Assembly (NCBI RefSeq): GCF_008000775.2
Contig: NZ_CP042905.2
Span: forward strand, 1,620,001-1,652,000
DNA: 32,000 nt
Direction of reading: 5' to 3'
DNA from: Promethearchaeum syntrophicum
GTDB lineage: Archaea > Asgardarchaeota > Lokiarchaeia > Sigyniarchaeales > Promethearchaeaceae
Part shown: positions 28,393 to 32,000 of the stretch, piece by piece
How the letters are laid out: every line of letters starts with the position of its first letter
How positions within the stretch are numbered: position 1 is the first letter of the stretch
Position numbers and translations under genes: made by a program
The notes under the pieces: model-generated
The model's database searches: none
Seen by the model: the letters and a program-made list of their open reading frames with translations, nothing else
Told to the model about the DNA's origin: nothing

Positions 28393-28432
28393 GTAAAAAA
28401 AACCACATTACATCAATTATTTGTTATGTGGT
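28393..28432 (-). terminator. stem-loop followed by T8, intrinsic-terminator-like
   Basis: Arms ACCACATTACA (28402-28412) and TGTTATGTGGT (28422-28432): 10 of 11 pair with a 9-nt loop; on the minus strand the stem merges into eight consecutive T (28402-28395). Lies just downstream of the stop of the 28448..30238 gene. Confidence 0.6.
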
Positions 28433-28447
28433 GACAGTGTTTAACAA

Positions 28448-30238
28448 TCATTCTTTGTAAAGCCCTTCTATTTTTTCACCATATTTCTGTAGAACATTTC
28501 TTCTCTTCAATTTGAAAGTTTGGGTTAGCATACCATTATCTAAAGTGAAATCCTCCGTGGTAAAAATAAATTTCTTTGGTATTTCATAACCTCCGAAATT
28601 TCCTTTAAGGTGAGCTTTTATTTCTTTTCCGATGAGGGCTTGAACTTCAGGCATTTCAATAATTTTTTCGGGTGGGAGTGAAAGATCTGCCATTTCTGCA
28701 TATTTTTCCGCTGTAGCCATATCAGGAACAATTAGGGCAACATTATAATCCTTACCATCACCGAAAACCAAACAATTTGCAATCCATGGAATCAATTTGA
28801 TATATTCCTCCATCGCTGCGGGGTGTACATATTTACCGTTTAGTAGTTTGTACTCGTTCTTTATTCGACCTGTAATAAAAAGAAATCCATCTTCATCAAT
28901 ATGGCCGATATCTCCTGTTCTAATACCTTTAATTCCCTTTTCATCTTCTACCATAATCGCAGCTGTTTTTTCTGGTTTATTTAAATAACCTTGCATTATA
29001 TTTGGGCCATACGCAAGAATTTCACCCTCATCGGATATAACTACTTTTACTTTTTCTATCGGTTTACCTACACTTCCCAGCTTATGAAATGTGGGGCAAT
29101 TTATACTTATTGCGGGAGCAGACTCTGTTAATCCATATGCGTCATAAATGGGAAGACCGATATCAAAGAAGAAATTAGCTATTTCTAGTTCTGTCTTAGC
29201 GCTAGCAGTTAGCGAACATTCCAATTGAGTTCCAAATCTTGCTCTTACTTTTCCAAAAACAACCTTATCTAAGAGTTTATATTTAAATCCCGCTTTTCCT
29301 GTTTCTCTCTTCCTTTTTGCAGCTTCTTTTGCCATATAGAATAGTTTTTCCTTTATTCCACCTTCTTCCTCCATTAATCGATGTATTCCATCATATATTT
29401 TATTAAATAAACGAGGGACGCAGATTAAAAATGTTGGATTGGTCTTAACTAAGTCTTCTGACATATGATCTACATCAGTAATCCCAATAGAAGCCCCTAT
29501 CATAGTAAAGGCGCAGAGTTCAGCAGTTTGGGCATATGAATGAGCCCACGGTAATATGCTTAAAGCTCTAGATTTTTCATTTAAAGAAGGAAATACATTC
29601 TTCCCTGCTAATGCATTATTGGTTATATTTCCATGGGAAAGAAGAACTCCTTTTGGATCACCCGTTGTTCCTGATGTATAGATAATGCTACAGATATCAT
29701 TAAGCTGTGGTTCTTTTGAGGGAATTGGATTAGCTTCTCCAAGTTTTTCCAAAGATTTAAGGCTATTATCTGCATCGCTTTCTATTATGTAAATTTTCTC
29801 TAAAGTGGAGATATTATCAGTAAAATGCTTCATTTTCTCGTGAACTGCATTATTTGCAACAAAAAGCACTTTAATTTTCGAATCTTCAATTATATATTTC
29901 CATGTATCTACAAGCTCTTTTTCATACATTGGAACCCACTTTGCAATTAATCCGAATGTCGCAAATGCTCCAAGTGCCCATTCCATTCTATTTCCCGCTA
30001 TTATACCTACACAATCTCCTTCTACAATTCCAATTTTTGCCAAACCAGCGCGTAAATTATCAACTCGTTTTGCAAAATCCTTGTAGATTATCCATTGGAA
30101 GACTCCGTTTTCATCTTTTTGTCCAATATAGGGCCGATCTGGGAATTTCTGAACTGTATCTTCTAAAACTTTTACCCAATTACTGGGATCATCATATCGC
30201 ATGATTGCGATGTTTTTTCCATATTCTTCATATACCAT
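28448..30238 (-). CDS. long-chain acyl-CoA synthetase (AMP-forming), copy 2
   Basis: SIIYTSGTTGDPKGVLLSHGN, YGLTESAPAIS, GDIGHIDEDGFLFITGRIKNEYKLLNGKYVHPAAMEEY. Confidence 0.92.
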   Translation of the reverse strand: MVYEEYGKNIAIMRYDDPSNWVKVLEDTVQKFPDRPYIGQKDENGVFQWIIYKDFAKRVDNLRAGLAKIGIVEGDCVGIIAGNRMEWALGAFATFGLIAKWVPMYEKELVDTWKYIIEDSKIKVLFVANNAVHEKMKHFTDNISTLEKIYIIESDADNSLKSLEKLGEANPIPSKEPQLNDICSIIYTSGTTGDPKGVLLSHGNITNNALAGKNVFPSLNEKSRALSILPWAHSYAQTAELCAFTMIGASIGITDVDHMSEDLVKTNPTFLICVPRLFNKIYDGIHRLMEEEGGIKEKLFYMAKEAAKRKRETGKAGFKYKLLDKVVFGKVRARFGTQLECSLTASAKTELEIANFFFDIGLPIYDAYGLTESAPAISINCPTFHKLGSVGKPIEKVKVVISDEGEILAYGPNIMQGYLNKPEKTAAIMVEDEKGIKGIRTGDIGHIDEDGFLFITGRIKNEYKLLNGKYVHPAAMEEYIKLIPWIANCLVFGDGKDYNVALIVPDMATAEKYAEMADLSLPPEKIIEMPEVQALIGKEIKAHLKGNFGGYEIPKKFIFTTEDFTLDNGMLTQTFKLKRRNVLQKYGEKIEGLYKE

Positions 30239-30380
30239 TATAATACTCTCTTTTTAATGATAGTAAGATATTTTGTCCATAGAGCATAAAAAAGATGGTA
30301 TTTTAAATATAAAAAAATAAAGTACCTTTATAAAGTCAAAATAATTAGTGAATGGGATTAGAAATAAGAATAAAAACGGA

Positions 30381-31298
30381 TTAATTCCAAAACTCTGCTG
30401 AGAGATATCTTTCTCCGGTATCTGGGAATATAATTACAATTTTTTCTTGATCAGGATTTTTTTCGCAATATTTTAATGCAGCAGCCATTACTGCACCAGC
30501 AGAGATTCCAACGAATATACCTTCATAGAATGCCAAATCTTTAGTCATTTTAAAAGCTTCGTCTTCATTTACAGTGATAATCGATTGAAAAATATTAGTA
30601 TTAAGGACTTTCGGGATAAATCCAGCGCCTATACCTTGAATTTTATGTTTATTTGGTGTTCCTCCAGAAAGAATGTGTGAATTACTTGGTTCAACGCCAA
30701 TTATCTTAATCTCTGGGTTTAATGCTAACAATTTTGTTCCTACTCCTGTTATTGTTCCTCCTGTTCCGATTCCCGCAATAAAAACATCAATGTTATGATC
30801 CATATCTTCCCATATTTCCAAAGCTGTGGTTTTTGAATGAGCTTCTGGATTGGCGGGATTTTTAAATTGATTGGGAATATAAGAATTTGAACAATTCCGT
30901 GCCAATATTTCTGCTTGTGCTATAGAACCTTTCATTCCATCTCTACTTGGAGTAAGAATTACTTCCACACCGTAGGCTTTTAGAATTTTTTGCCGTTCAA
31001 TACTCACAGAATCAGGCATTACGATTTTTAATTCATAACCTTTAACTGCACAGACCATTGCTAAGCCAATTCCAGTATTTCCTGATGTTGGTTCAATTAT
31101 GATGGTGTTTTTATCGATTAAACCTTTTTTTTCAGCAGATTCGATCATGTTTAAAGCAATTCTTGATTTAATGCTTCCTCCTGGATTTAGTGCCTCAATT
31201 TTTGCGTATATTTCTGAAGACACGTGTTGAGTCAATTTATTTATTCGAATTAGTGGTGTTTTTCCTATTGCCTTTAAAATATTGTCAAATTTTGCCAT
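30381..31298 (-). CDS. cysK: cysteine synthase (O-acetylserine sulfhydrylase)
   Basis: IGKTPLIRINKL, ALNPGGSIKSRIALNMI, IIEPTSGNTGIGLAMV, FIAGIGTGGTITGVG, GISAGAVMAAAL, IIFPDTGERYLS. Confidence 0.93.
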   Translation of the reverse strand: MAKFDNILKAIGKTPLIRINKLTQHVSSEIYAKIEALNPGGSIKSRIALNMIESAEKKGLIDKNTIIIEPTSGNTGIGLAMVCAVKGYELKIVMPDSVSIERQKILKAYGVEVILTPSRDGMKGSIAQAEILARNCSNSYIPNQFKNPANPEAHSKTTALEIWEDMDHNIDVFIAGIGTGGTITGVGTKLLALNPEIKIIGVEPSNSHILSGGTPNKHKIQGIGAGFIPKVLNTNIFQSIITVNEDEAFKMTKDLAFYEGIFVGISAGAVMAAALKYCEKNPDQEKIVIIFPDTGERYLSAEFWN

Positions 31299-31316
31299 TT
31301 TTATTAATCTCCTTTC

Positions 31317-31997
31317 CTATTCATTTGTCAAATCTTTTTTTTCTTGATTATCTAAACGTTTTTCTAAATTGGAAATTTTCATTTCTAAATTTGTAATTAA
31401 TTTTAATACTGGGTCAGGAAGGATTCCATGTGAAAGAGCACTAATTTGTTCAATTACATCAGAGTCCCCTTTAATAATTCTACCAGGTACACCTACAACA
31501 ATGCTATTATCTGGGATATTTTTCGTTACTACACTGTTTGCTCCAATTTTAACATTATTTCCAATATTTATTGGTCCCAATATTTTCGCTCCTGCTCCTA
31601 CTTCAATATTATTACCGAGTGTAGGATGTCTTTTTTTCTTTTTTAAGCTAACTCCCCCGAGTGAAACCCCCTGATATAGAGTCACATTATTTCCAATTAC
31701 CGCTGTTTCTCCAATTACTACACCTGTTCCGTGGTCAATAAAAAAATTTTTACCTATGCTAGCTCCTGGGTGTATATCAATCCCTGTAATTTGCCTAGAG
31801 AGATTTGATATATATCGGGGAACAAAAGGTAACCCAATTTTCCAGAAAAAATGAGCAACGCGATGTAAAAGCACTGCTTGAATCCCCGGATAAGAAGTTA
31901 ACACTTCGATCATATTGTCTGCGGCTGGATCTTTACTAAACGCTTCAGTAACATCTGAAATAAAGAATTTTAGAATCTGTTCGATTTCGGTTATCAC
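31317..31997 (-). CDS. cysE: serine O-acetyltransferase; start uncertain and may lie beyond the window
   Basis: [64 protein letters not shown], hexapeptide repeats. The reported start is GTG at 31997 and the frame stays open to the window edge. Confidence 0.9.
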   Translation of the reverse strand: MITEIEQILKFFISDVTEAFSKDPAADNMIEVLTSYPGIQAVLLHRVAHFFWKIGLPFVPRYISNLSRQITGIDIHPGASIGKNFFIDHGTGVVIGETAVIGNNVTLYQGVSLGGVSLKKKKRHPTLGNNIEVGAGAKILGPINIGNNVKIGANSVVTKNIPDNSIVVGVPGRIIKGDSDVIEQISALSHGILPDPVLKLITNLEMKISNLEKRLDNQEKKDLTNE

Positions 31998-32000
31998 AGA

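Noticed and set aside
26484-30238. Tandem acyl-CoA synthetases as an assembly duplication artefact
   Set aside because: The copies differ at many residues and have unrelated intergenic sequence, so they are genuine paralogues.

Overview
This is an AT-rich archaeal-looking window. The lineage is inferred as probably Asgard-like from a roadblock/LC7 protein, a leucine-rich-repeat protein, a lysine-tailed type II methionine aminopeptidase and an archaeal TsaA/TrmO-like protein; the sequence alone does not prove it. The core is a long, almost entirely + strand cell-envelope gene set (3354..21652): a 1690-aa signal-anchored surface protein with a degenerate transglutaminase-like domain and tandem Ig-like repeats, a membrane protein with a cytosolic DUF4129-like tail, a 123-aa stand-alone copy of that tail, an 843-aa multi-TM/DUF4350-like protein, a MoxR AAA+ ATPase, a TPR protein, then after an inserted 2.5-kb accessory segment (RelE/ParE-like toxin, divergent small HTH-like gene, LRR protein) a DUF58/vWA-like protein and a multi-TM coiled-coil protein. 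This looks like a dismantled, expanded version of the bacterial MoxR-DUF58-transglutaminase-DUF4129 cassette and is my main candidate for an under-described system. The left flank carries an epimerase tail, metAP2, a roadblock protein and thymidylate kinase. The right flank carries two nuclease-like proteins, an effector-binding plus ArsR pair, a TrmO-like protein, an MFS permease, tandem acyl-CoA synthetases, and cysK/cysE. No CRISPR array, rRNA or tRNA was recognised. All family assignments are from motif reading by eye; none was run against a database.
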